Under the pieces are notes generated by a model that ran no database searches, had not been told where the DNA came from, and was given only the letters and a program-made list of their open reading frames with translations. Shown here piece by piece: positions 13,048 through 24,560 of a stretch of 64,000 nt of DNA; positions within the stretch are counted from its first letter, which is position 1; the number at the start of each line of letters is the position of its first letter. Origin of the DNA: Rhynchobatus australiae (taxonomy: Eukaryota); assembly GCA_034780895.1 (NCBI GenBank), contig JAUZTB010000087.1:23733942-23797941 (forward strand). Direction: 5' to 3'. Position numbers and translations under genes: made by a program.

Positions 13048-13339
13048 CAGCACGGTAGCATAGCAGTTAGCATAACGCTATTACAGCACCAGTGACCCTG
13101 GATCAATTCCAGCCGCTGTCTGTAAGGAGTTTGTACGTTCTCCCTGTGACTGAGTGGGTTTCCTCCAGGTGCTCTGGTTTCCTCCCACATCCCAAAGATA
13201 TATGGGTTAGGAGTTGTGGGCTTGCTATGCTAGGACACATGTGGGCTGCCCCCAGAACACTCTATGTAAAGATGCATTTCACTGTGTGTTTCGATGTACA
13301 TGTGACTAATAAAGAAATAAAATCTTATCTTATCTTATC
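13048..13339 (+). mobile_element. Full-length V-SINE with Rex1/Babar-like tail and (ATCTT)n end
   Basis: tRNA-like head with degenerate A/B boxes, V-domain, tail ...TTTCACTGTGTGTTTCGATGTACATGTGACTAATAAAG...(ATCTT)3. Confidence 0.85.
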
Positions 13340-13508
13340 ATGCTGTCGAATTTGTTGAATGATATAGGAAATACCCTCTGTGCATCCACCCTGTCAAGAC
13401 CCCTCAGGATCTTATACAATTGTTGCCTCTCATTCTTCTAAATTCCAGAAGAAAGAAGACTGACCTGCCCAACCATTCCTCAAAAGACAACCTTCCCATT
13501 CCAGGTAT

Positions 13509-13807
13509 TAGATAAGATGAAACATCTTTATTCGTCATGCGTACATCGAAACACACAGTGAAATGCATCTTTCGCATAGAGTGTTCTGGGGGCAGCCCGC
13601 AAGTGTCACCACACTTCCGGTGCTAACATAGCATGCCCACAACTCCTAACCTGTACGTCTTTGGAATGTGGGAGGAAACCAGAGCACCTGGAGGAAACCC
13701 ATGCTGACACAGGGAGAATGTACAAACTCCTTACAGGCAGTAGCTGGAATTGAACCTGGGTCGCTGGTGCTGTAATAGCATTACACTAACCACTACAGTA
13801 CTGTGCC
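13509..13807 (-). mobile_element. Full-length V-SINE, same family, inverted
   Basis: Its reverse complement aligns along the whole length with 13048-13339. Confidence 0.85.
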
Positions 13808-14189
13808 TGACCTAGTAAATCTCATTCTAGGCATTAGTCTAATAAACCTCCATCTCCTTGCTGTTCCAATGAAGCTGAAGAAGCAGTGCCTTGCGTTTCA
13901 AGTGGCAACAGTGCAGCCTTCTGGATTTAGCAACACGTTCCAACAGTCAGCACTTCCACCATGTTTGGTTAAGCTATTCAGCAGTATTTTTTTCACACAA
14001 TTCTGATCCCTCTGCTTACACTTTCTGGAGATTGAGCTCACAATTAGCATGCTACCCCTTTATGGCATCACCCACTGTGTCTTGGATTGCTGCTGCCTTC
14101 ATCCAATCTCAGCTTCTTTTCTCTTCTCCTTCCTACATTGAACCTCTTGCTCCCTTACCAACAATCAGCGCGTGCTGAATCTTGTCTAA

Positions 14190-14550
14190 GATTTGGCACT
14201 CCTCTGCACAAGCTGCTTCATTTTTCTGGGGAGATGTGAATGGAATTGAATGCTGTGCAATTATCCCCACTTCTGACCTTAATACTTGAAGGAAGGTCAT
14301 TGATGAAGCCACTCATGATTGTTGAGTTTAGGACAAAGTCCAGAGGAACACCAGCAGTGCTATCCTGGAGTTGAAATAATTGACTGCTAACAACCACTGC
14401 CATCTTTGTGTGATATATAATCCTAGCCAATTAATGCTTACCTTTTGATTTTACAAGGTTTTTTTGATGCCATTCCAGATTAAAAGCTGCTTTCATACCA
14501 ATTGGTAGTCAGACTCACCTTACCTCTGAAATCCAACTCTTTTGTCTATT
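14190..14550 (-). mobile_element. CR1-like LINE RT fragment
   Basis: Minus-strand AGVPLDFVLNSTIMSGFINDLPSSI (cf. GVPQGSVLGPTIFSCFINDLPS). Confidence 0.7.
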
Positions 14551-14559
14551 TAGACTTTG

Positions 14560-15230
14560 TTGGAGCAGCCTGCTGATGGAATGCACAATGAAATGATCCG
14601 ATACCTGGGTGTCCAAGTCTTGCACAAAGCCTCAAGTCCGTCTCTCTATTTTAATATAGTGACCTGTTCCACTTCAACATGTGGTGTCAGCCATCATTCA
14701 GCATCCAATGACAATACCCCATTGTTATGCTAGCAAAGAGATCCAACACTTAGACATGGCAAAGGAAGCTCATCTTCCAACCTTGTGGAGAATTGAGAGC
14801 TGTGATCATGGTTTTAGATACTAGTGTGCAAAGGGGTTTGGATGAGTCAGCAATCTATCCACCAATACATTCGAATTGCTCAGGAGTGGCTGCATGGGAG
14901 GGAAAGTGACTTCAAGGAAGATAAATTCATCATCTTCTCTCAGGATAGCAGCATTCCCCACTACCAGACCACAACATCCTTGCTGTTGCCTGTCAGTCCA
15001 TCAGTCCAGACTGCCATCCATCACAGCAAGATGGCGCAGTGTGAAACCAAAACTTCTAAGCCCAAAACCGCTCGAGATTATCCTTCAAAGCCATCTGATG
15101 CCTCCAACATTGCATGACAGCAGCCTTCCACTGGCCACACAGTAGTCACTGGATCAGCATTGTACTGAGGCATTGGGAAAGATAAAGGCCCAGGACCCAT
15201 GAATATATAAGAGTGGTGAACTTTGCAGGG
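14560..15230 (+). pseudogene. Probable remnant of the second (accessory) ORF of the Harbinger element
   Basis: Coding-like S/P/T/Q-rich frame at 14824-15117, convergent with and adjacent to the transposase. Harbingers carry a second Myb/SANT ORF, but the Myb domain itself is not visible here. Confidence 0.4.
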
Positions 15231-15394
15231 TTTTGCATTATGTAATGTTTGGAGTGATGATTTGGTGCTGGGCTTTATTCTGTCATCATTTTCAACCAAT
15301 CATTAGGAACATAGGGCTGATAAGAACAGAACTGCAGTGTAAAGGGACAATTGGGATTACCATGAACAATTTGCAGTCTGATCACTTAATCATG

Positions 15395-16412
15395 CAAAAC
15401 ACAATCAAAAAGGGATTTCCATTGTTGCCACCGCTCTTCCTTCCCTTCTTCATCCTCCTCTTGATCCTCCAGTCGTTGGCAAAGGCTGAAGCCACATTTT
15501 TGCCAACTGTGGTGCACAGAACGGATGACAGTGAATTTGGGGATCCATCCTGCTGCATACAAGACACTCAAAAACAGTCGGTGCCACCGAAAGGTTGTTT
15601 GGGTGTGCCAGTGATCTGCTCCATGAGGTGACAGGTTAGTGTATCATTCTCATTGCAAAGTCAAGACCAAGGTTGAACTTGGATAACTCTTGTCTCCAAA
15701 TATCTCCCCTTCCATCTAACAGGATGAAGATGAAGAGAACAGTGGACTGTGACTAATTGATTGCAGTGACTGTGACATAGATATTAGGTGTTTTGTGTAT
15801 GGTCATAAATCAACTACACACTGTAACATTCCAACATTCAAATGTGGATGCCTCATTGTGATGTGGGTGATGTCAACAGTAGCCTGTGCTGTTGGACAGC
15901 CCACAATTCTGGCAGATCCATGTGCTCTCTTCTATTCTTTCTTCTTTGTGACTCTAAGAAGGAGATGGGCTCCATGCTATTGGACAAAAGACCTTCTGTG
16001 ACCTCTGTAATGCAGCGGTATGCTGCAAACTGTGAACCATTGCCAATTTCCCCTACACGACTCTGGAGAGAGCCTGGACCATATACATTGCTAGCAATAA
16101 TCTTAACACCTTCCAGCAATAGCATTCTGGCACTGCTCCATGACTATAGTTTGGCAAGAATTTATGGTATAACTCTTATCAGCATATTCCTTCTAAAGTG
16201 CTATGGCCCAAAGGATTGCTCCTCACTGAGATACGTAAAAGGGGAGTACTCCCTAAACACACTTGCTGAATCAAATCTTCTAACCGAGAACTCTTCCTGC
16301 CTTCTCCCTCCTCCCTCCAACCAGGTTTCGCTGTTCTGCATGTCCTCATGCTCCTCTCATCTTGCACTGTTAGTGAATGGTTATCAGGCCAGCCAATTCT
16401 ATAGGCACCCAA
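15395..16412 (-). pseudogene. Fossil PIF/Harbinger (HARBI1-like) DDE transposase
   Basis: Across stops and frameshifts, the minus strand gives in order: VFREYSPFTYLSEEQ; VKIIASNVYGPGSLQSRVGEIGNGSQFAAYRCITEVTEGL (HTH); RAHGSARIVGCPTAQATVDITHI (cf. GFPxVxGAIDCTHI); NE...MEQITGTPKQPF (cf. IEQTIGxLKxRF); LYAAGWIPKFTVIRSVHH; acidic tail EDQEEDEEGKEE. The middle of the DDE domain appears deleted. Confidence 0.85.
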
Positions 16413-18439
16413 ATTCCATAAAGTTTAAAGTCAACCTATGCTCATATCCATCTGCAACTAAAACTATTTCTCAGTGTAGAGAAAGACTAACTCATAATTT
16501 TTCAACCAGTTCTCCCATATATCAACCACAAANNNNNNNNNNNNNNNNNNNNNNNNNNNNNNNNNNNNNNNNNNNNNNNNNNNNNNNNNNNNNNNNNNNN
16601 NNNNNNNNNNNNNNNNNNNNNNNNNNNNNNNNCAGCACTCCCATATATCAACCACCAACCAACTCTAATTTATTGAAGAAGCCTTTAAATACTACAGGCG
16701 GGGCTCCTTCTGCTGCTAAATTCTCCCTGCAAGCTGATCTGCATTACTGAGGTTCAAATTGACAATGCCAGCATCAAATTCAAGTTGCACAGTGATTGGC
16801 CTCGCACTCTACTTCTAATGTGAGCATCACATGTTCTAACACACTTACCAGTAGGGCAGTCTATATGATCCACACTACAAGTGTGCACAGCTGGACTTTA
16901 AATTGGCAGTGAATCATCTGCCTTGGATTCTTAAACAGCTAACGACTGTAAATATGTTGTTCAGGAGCATTGTGTTGCCAGTGGCAATTTTTCTAGGCTT
17001 CCATTCAGTTGTTTCAATATAACCTTTGGAAAATGAGTTCCTTCTCTTAGCAACAAGCAATCTGCTGGAGGAACTCAACAGGTCAATCAGCATCTGTAGG
17101 AGAAAAGGAATTGTTGATGTTTTGGGTTGATGCCCTGCATTTCTGCTCTTGTTTGCTGCATCATGAATGACTGTGAACACTCCCCTATTATCAAGGCCTC
17201 CAGACCCGCTGTATTATCCATGATGTTGTTATCCAGAGTTATAAATCCTTTAGCAGAGAACAGGTGCTGATATCCCCTGTAGGTACCAGGGATTTATATT
17301 GGAGTAAATCATTGTCTGACTCTCAAGTGGAGGAGGTGCTTTGATGGATGTGGTGCAGGATGGTGGTGAACCTGGGACTAACTTCTTCAAAACAGGAGTT
17401 ACAGCCTCCGGTACAGTGAAACTCAAATTTCTAGCACCTCCACTCATAGCTTTTGCAAGGGAATTTTTCCCTTTGTACAAATATTAAAATTCTCTGTTGC
17501 TTTTTATCCACAAGAATATCTTAACCTCCTTTCATACACTCTAAAATCTGTTCCTTATATGTGATTGTAACATCCCGTACTAAGACCCTCTATTTCCTGT
17601 TCTAGCATCCTATGCTAAGATTCTTTTTTTAATACTGTTGTGATATCTGCTTTCCTTCCTCATTGATATATTCCATCTTTCCATGTTTTTGTTATATTTT
17701 GGAACATGATATATTTTGTGATTTAATATCCTTCCTGTGAACATTTTCAAAAGCCTTGGCTCCATCATCTGTCAAATATATTTCTGAGATAATCATATTT
17801 AAATAAGTGTTTGCTAGAACATAAGAAATATGAACAGAAGTAGGCCATCTGGTCCATTGAACCTGCTACACCATTCAATAGGATCATGGCTGATCTGGCT
17901 GTGGACTCAGTTCCATCTACCTGCCTTTTCCCAAAAAGGTATGGTTAAAGTAAGCAATGTGGTGAATTTTGGCTTATGTATTTAATGTCACAATCTGCCA
18001 GGGAGTGCATTGCAGAAGAGCAGATGGAAGTATTGGATGCTATCTTTTGCTTCCACACTGGTAACAGGCAGACTTGGAACAAACTGGAATTTTGGGCACA
18101 AACTGCCTACAATTTATCAATCAACCTGTGCAATGCAGGTTTCCACTTGGTGCTTCATAACCAGCCCTGCAAGTTCCCTCTCTCAACATCTACACCAAAT
18201 CACGTTCCAGCAGGAATCACTAGCCAATTAGCAAAGATGGATTTTTCATACTGACTTTATTGCTAGTCAGGTTTGCTATGAAATTAGCCAACTCGGCCTG
18301 CATAAGCGATCAACAGTTTGTAAACTGACAGATTCAAGATGATACTTCACAATGAACCTTCCCACTTAGTCTTTGGCAAGATTCTGAGGCTTTCTATTTT
18401 TATTTCTATTCTCTGTATATTTCTTTTCTTCACTCTGGG

Positions 18440-18950
18440 GCTGGTAAGATTACACCTGGGCTATTGTGCAGAGCTCTGGTGTTCCTACCTAAGGAAGAAT
18501 ATACTTGTGATAGAAGGCAGGCAGCAAAGGCACCAGATTGATTCGTGAGATTGGAATAATCCTATAAGAAGACCCTAATCAGAATGGGCCTCCACAGGTG
18601 GTTTAGAAGAATGAGAGTTGATTTCTTTGAAAGATACAAAATTCTTATTAGGCTTGACAGTTATGAGGCATCCAGAAGCAGTGATCACATTCTCAAAACA
18701 AAGGTTAGCTATACAGGACATAGATGAGAAGAAATTTCTTCATCCAGGGTTTAGTGAATACATACAATCCTCTGCACAAAACAGCTGTGGAGACACAGTT
18801 GTTGAGTATGTACAAAACAGAGATCAATAGATTTATTTTTTATGTCAAAGGAATTGGGGTTATTGCAGGAAAGTACCCCTGAGGTAAAAGATCAGCCAGG
18901 GTCTGACAGAACAATAGAGAAGGCACTCCGCTTTCTTCTGTTTCTTGTGT
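18440..18950 (+). mobile_element. CR1 3' fragment
   Basis: LVRLHLGYCAELWCSYLRKNILVIEG motif and GAGGTAAAAGATCAGCCA-type 3' UTR. Confidence 0.75.
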
Positions 18951-19859
18951 TGTCCATTCTGCCAAGGTCTCCCCTCATCCTCCATTGCTGAAGGTTCTGA
19001 TCCTGTTGAATTCAATGGGTACTGGTTGCTCCTGATACTTCATCTTGGGATCCTTTACACTGAACCCTAGTACTGCCATGGGACCCTTTGACCACTGAGG
19101 AGCAAGAGAAACCTGGATTCTGCCCTCTGTCTGTTGACGGTTCTCCAACCCCAAACTGACTCGATTGCGCTTTCTACTGATGCTACCTGAGCTGCTGAGT
19201 GCTTCCTGTATTTTGATGCTGTCCTCCCCTGACATCCACATCAACAGGCTTCCTGCTGAGGTCATCGGGTAATCATCAGGAAGATCTGCCTGGTGTCCAC
19301 CTTCCAAAAATGGGAAACTGAAGCCAACTGCGCGCTCCTCCAATTGCCCATCTGGGATCAGATAACCCAGATCGGATGTGGAATCAACGATTCACTGTTA
19401 TTGGGACATCAAGGGAACCAGTAGCTTACATTTTCCCATCAGTGCTATTTTAATGTCAGCAGCAACCCCTGTATTTCAAAAGGTTTACCACAGGCATTAA
19501 AATAATCCTGGCATATATTTAATTTTAAACCAGTTGCAGCTGCTGTTAAACTAACATGGATGCTAAAGCGTGTATTACCTTCTTTAAAATAAACACAATT
19601 TAATGTGTTTAAATCTCTGTCAGTCTTACAGAGTATACATGCCAATCAGGAATATTCCCCTGAAGCTGATCCTGTGCACGGTTGCAGGATGTGCTGCTGT
19701 GCAGAAACATTTATACTTCCAGGAGCGATATGTCCGGAAAACAGCCAGTTATGTTGTATAATTTGAAGCAAGTGAGTCTGCAATGTAAAGGCCGTGTACT
19801 AAACCCTGTCCTGAGGCCTTTTAATTCCTTATCATTCAGTCTGGTAATGCTAAATTTTT

Positions 19860-20860
19860 AAGGATCCACTCATTCTGCGACGTGAGCAATGCAATCTCAC
19901 ATCGCAACCATGCACAGCTACACAAACATACAAGGAAATGAACTTTCTGCTGCAGGGGGGTCACCCCGACTTTTCCGGTCACGTGGGAACGTGGCATTTC
20001 CAAATTTGGTCACACAAAGGCCGGGGCACCGCCAGATCAAAGAGAACCGCCGTCTGCAGCTTTCCAATCCCATCCTTGTGGTTAAAAACATGACAACAAC
20101 GCGATCGTTTTCTCACGCCACACGCAATCTCCATCTCCCCCGCAGTCCTATACATTCCATACTAAATGCAGCACAATCAGCTCCTTTATTCCGATGGAGC
20201 CCTGCAATTAGATTCGTGCAACCCCCCCCCCCCTCCCCATGTTTAGGAAGGGGAGTGGGAAACTAATGTAGGAAAGGCGTGAAGCGGCGGCTACATGAAA
20301 GCGGTCTCAGCCTTCACATTAATGAGACCCTTTGTTTCCTGGCTGCGCTGCAACAGGTTCCTTCACATTTGCCAACGAGGGATTTTTTTCTCTCTGTTCC
20401 ATGTGGGAGGGCTGGAAATCTCAGTTTCTGTGACTCCCCTGTGCGAGCAAAAAAAAAGATTTACAGAGGAATTAATGTTACACAGAAATGCCAATCGCAG
20501 TGTTAACTTTCTCTCCCTTGATGAACGATACATCTAAAGATTACATTTTTCCACGACATTATGTAAGAGAGTCCCAGGCATGTGTATCTCCGGGCCGACT
20601 CCTTCCTGCGGGTTCAATCCCGGTTATAGTGTTAAAAGTGATCTTACAAACTGTGAGGAATCAGGGTATTTAGGGGCAAAGGAAACTTTTCTGACTCAGT
20701 CGATTCTATATGCAAACTTTTAAAGAAAATCATGTTTTTACAAACAAACTCCCGTCTGGAAGCAAAGTGATGGGAAACGCCATATTTTAAAATCTTTGGA
20801 TATAACAAAAAGGTAATTGTTGGCAGTGGGGGGTTTCGAATCTCATTCGGCGTTGGACTA
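19860..20860. promoter_or_regulatory. Candidate upstream enhancer (RBPJ/TCF/RUNX/ETS cluster)
   Basis: Local CpG enrichment in non-repeat DNA. CGTGGGAA 19982-19989, TTCTCACG 20110-20117 and GTGGGAAA 20255-20262 (RBPJ); AGATCAAAG 20034-20042 (TCF); TGTGGTT 20077-20083 (RUNX); TTTCCGGT near 19972 (ETS). Confidence 0.6.
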
Positions 20861-21002
20861 GGTTAAAGGCTATTTGCTATTATTTCCAGAGTTTAATGCA
20901 CACCATCGAATAGAACTTTTCCTGTGCACTGCCAAATTCTAAGTTTGTGATTTCTGGAAGTAAAAGTATTTTATTATTTAAAGAATCTGGAGAATTATCT
21001 CT

Positions 21003-21190
21003 GTATCTTGGCCAATTGTTCAACCAATCATTCATTAAAGGAGATTATCTGCTCATTATCATTATTGTTGTTAGTGGTCTTGCCACACACAAATTGGCTG
21101 CAGGTTATCTGTACTACAGTATTGACTACATATCGCAACGTTATCCCGAGGTTATGAACGGCACTGTACAAATACAAGTGCTATTTTAAA
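21003..21190 (+). mobile_element. DeuSINE/SacSINE1-like SINE 3' half
   Basis: TTGGCCAAT...GATTATCTGCTCATTATC...CAAATTGGCTGC...GAGGTTATGAACGGCACTGTACAAATACAAGT resembles the Deu-domain and tail; a related copy lies at 49445-49640. Confidence 0.6.
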
Positions 21191-21639
21191 GAAAATAATG
21201 GGCCATTACAATTGTTGAATCAGCTAGCATTTTTGTCAACTACAGGAGCTTAAAATAGTATTAAGAATCTTTCTGGGTGTCCATAAAAGTGTCCATCTCT
21301 GCATGTGTATGAGAATATATATGCAAATATGTGTGTGCCCCTGTTTGTGTCCATCTGCGTTTGAATGTGGAATTTATATTTGAATGTGTCTGACCTGTGC
21401 TTATATGTGGTGTGTCTGTGTGTCAGTCTTTGCTTTGTATATTAATGCTTTGTTTCAGTCTATCTGTACAAATCACTGTGTATAAATCTGTGTATACTTA
21501 AGTCTCTAGCTATGATTCCATTTGAATGTCTAGGTTGGTGTAACAGCACATGTGCAAGTTTCTATATAAAATGTGAATTAGTGTGGATGAGTCAGTTGTG
21601 TACTTGTGTTTGTGTTGTGTTAATTAGTGGGATTGTGAT

Positions 21640-23540
21640 TTATCATTACTAGACTAGAAGTCTTGAGACCTGGGCTAATGATGCAGAGGCATGAGTTCAA
21701 ATTCCACCACAGCAATCGGGGAGTTTAAATGAATTAATCTGGAATAACAAGCTTCCACTGGTAATGGTGAACATAGTCTGCCATACCAACTCATCTAGAT
21801 CACCAATATTCTTCAGAAATTAAAACCTGCAATCTAGTCTGAGTTTTAATTCCAATCTAGTTGATGCTTCTTTGTCCTTTGAAATGCCCTACTAAGCCAC
21901 TCTATGATATCAAATCATTGCAATAAAATATAACAATACTTCTGGTAACAGCTAAGGTATTGCATTCAACAGCTATAATTCACCCAGTCAACTCTGCAAA
22001 ATCCTCTTTATGTTGTGATACAGATACAATTATACAATTCAGACAATGTTTCAGACTCCTCCAGTATCATCTTCTGGTAGGTTCTGTACATTGGCAATGC
22101 AAACCATCCAGAGGCAGTGAATGGCACAATGGTGTGCAGTTGGGAATACAGCCCAGATAATAGCAGCTCCAACAAGACACAAATAGTTCATCTAAGAAAC
22201 AGCAGCAGGCATGGAGCTAAAGAATCCGAAAATCAATCAGACTGAAGCTCTGTAGTCCTACCTTATTTAATCATGAACGGTGGTGAGCAATCAAAACAAC
22301 TTTTATGAAGATAAGTTTCCTTGACAATTCTCATCTTCATCAATGGCAGAGCATATGTTGTGACATGAATGACAAGGATGAAGCATTCCCAGCTACCTTT
22401 GCTTGAAATGTTTATGTAAATTATCCATTCTCAGTTCCTCCTAAGGTTCCTATTGTCACAGAAGCTGGACTTGATGCATTCCACATAATGTCAACTGGCT
22501 GAAAGCAGTTGGCACAGCAAGGGCTGTAGATCTTTACAAGAGCTCAGTTATGGTGCTCTAAAACTAGTAGTGCCTTTCCACAGATTGTTCTATAACATCT
22601 ACATAGCTGGCATCTACCCAAAAAAGTGGAAAACCATCCAAGCATATACTGCTACAAAAAGTAGAACAAATCCAACCTGGCTAGTTATCACTCTATCTAT
22701 TTTCTCTTAATCATTGGCAAAGTGTTGGAAGGTGTTGTTGACTTTCTTATCAAGCAGCACTTACTCATCCATAAACTGTTCACCAATGCTCAATTTATGT
22801 TCCATATGATTTCATTACAACCTTGGTCCAAATGCTAAACAGGTGAATTCCAGAGGCAACATGAGACTGTCCTTGACATAAAGGCAACATTTACACAAGA
22901 ATAAGAAGGATGAAGGTTGTCATGATTTTACAGCTCAATCATTTCATCCCCAGGACATCACTGCTGGAGTTCTATAAGTAGTATCCAAGGTCTAACCATC
23001 TCAGATGCTTTCTCTCCACCTTATGGTCAGAACTGAGGATAACCTTATGCAGTATTGAGTTGCATTGGTAGTCTGTGCTCACATGCAACCAAACTGGAAC
23101 AACATTCAGGTCTGGGCTGTTGAACTGGAAGTGATATTCATGTCAAACAAGTGCAGATAATGACTTAAAGGGAGCTTCACTGTCTTCATTAGACATTCCT
23201 TGGATTTATGATCCACAGCCATTAACACAATGGGTGTTGCAAAATACCAGAAACTTAACTGGATGTGTTACCTAAATATTCTGATACAAGTTCAGGTATT
23301 CTTTTGGATTTACTGCATTTACTTGCAAGTTATACAGCATCATGACTTGGACAGTTATCACTACTCCTTCACTTTCTGGGGCAAAATCCAGGACTTCTTT
23401 TTCCAAGCGCATGGTGGTTTCTAACCACCACAAGAAATGCAAAGGTTCAGGAAAGTGACAAACCACCACCTTCTCGTCTAATAGGGCCAGGCAGTAATTA
23501 CTGCCAATGATGTTCAAATGTCCATGTATGAATAATGTAT
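21640..23540 (+). mobile_element. Composite element: tRNA-like SINE head plus internally deleted CR1-like body and 3' tail
   Basis: Head with GAGTTCAAATTCC B-box; RT remnants at ~22600-23160; tail CCACCACCTTCTC...GGGCCAGGCAGTAATTACTGCCAATGATG. Confidence 0.6.
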
Positions 23541-23616
23541 TTCCATGTAATTGCATCTCAAGACGCAGCATAAGGTCAAGTATTTGAATGTGTTTGCATC
23601 AATGTATGAAAATATA

Positions 23617-23620
<4 letters not shown>

Positions 23621-23660
<40 letters not shown>
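23621..23660. repeat. (TG)20 microsatellite
   Basis: Perfect dinucleotide run. Confidence 0.98.
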
Positions 23661-23661
<1 letters not shown>

Positions 23662-24364
23662 TCAAATGCATTTTATTAATTTTTCATATTGTGAATGTGA
23701 GTGTATTTTTATTGNNNNNNNNNNNNNNNNNNNNNNNNNNNNNNNNNNNNNNNNNNNNNNNNNNNNNNNNNNNNNNNNNNNNNNNNNNNNNNNNNNNNNN
23801 NNNNNNNNNNNNNNTTTGTTTATAAATGTGTCATCAGACATTTTTCTTGTGAAACTCCTTGTAAATATGTGAGTTATCGACGGCATGATTGATTGAATGC
23901 AGTATTCACAAGTTAGTACACTTTTTATACATGGGGCCAGAGGTTCACCAAGGTCATGATGAAGTTGTCAGTTTCCTAGTAAAAGGGTACTAACAAAAAA
24001 AATCACTGCTGTTCTGCCTTTTCATAAGTTCCATCTGCAGCGCAGGGTCTTCCATGGAGGTGAAGCAATTGCCAGGACCAGGAATTGTCAAGGAGGGAAA
24101 ACGTGTCTGTGAACTGGGGCCATTTAGAGGGCCATATATATTCTTCCTACATTTTTTGGTTTGACAATCCATCTGTTATTCAGATAAAAAGTTTAAAGTT
24201 GATCAGGTGAGTATTTTTAACATAAAAATTCAACTATCCCTTGAAAACACTCCCAAAACATCAAAAATATGCAGGAGCAACATTTGGAAGCAATTCACAG
24301 ACTTACACGTTTTCTGCCTATACCACTAAGATGTGCATTGCAGTTTGTGTGGAAGTTTATGTAC

Positions 24365-24560
24365 GTCAGTTACTGCTTGCCTATCCCTAATTGTCCTTGA
24401 GAAGGTGAGGTGAGCTACCTTCTTGAACCACTGCAGTTCTTCCAGTGAAGGTACCACCAAAGTGGTGTTGAATAGGGAGTTCCAGGATTTAGGTCCAATG
24501 ATGATGAAGGAACGGCAATTTATTTCCAAGTCAGGGTGGTATGTGACTTGTATGTGGAAC
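24365..24560 (-). mobile_element. 3' tail of the CR1-like/SINE family also seen at 37655 and 23460
   Basis: TTGCCTATCCCTAATTGTCCTTGAGAAGGTGAGGTGAGC matches TTGCCCATCCCTAATTGTCCTTGAAGGTAGTGGTGA at ~37692. Confidence 0.75.

Noticed and set aside
13048-13120. tRNA-like sequences at SINE heads (also 4741, 21660, 49110)
   Set aside because: They are degenerate and continuous with SINE bodies, so they are not tRNA genes.
15842-16750. 302-aa plus-strand ORF
   Set aside because: It is the antisense shadow of the Harbinger transposase relic plus a 100-N gap, with no protein-like motifs.
21290-21640. TG-rich low-complexity stretches (also 25950-26200)
   Set aside because: Decayed microsatellite-like DNA with no discrete structure.
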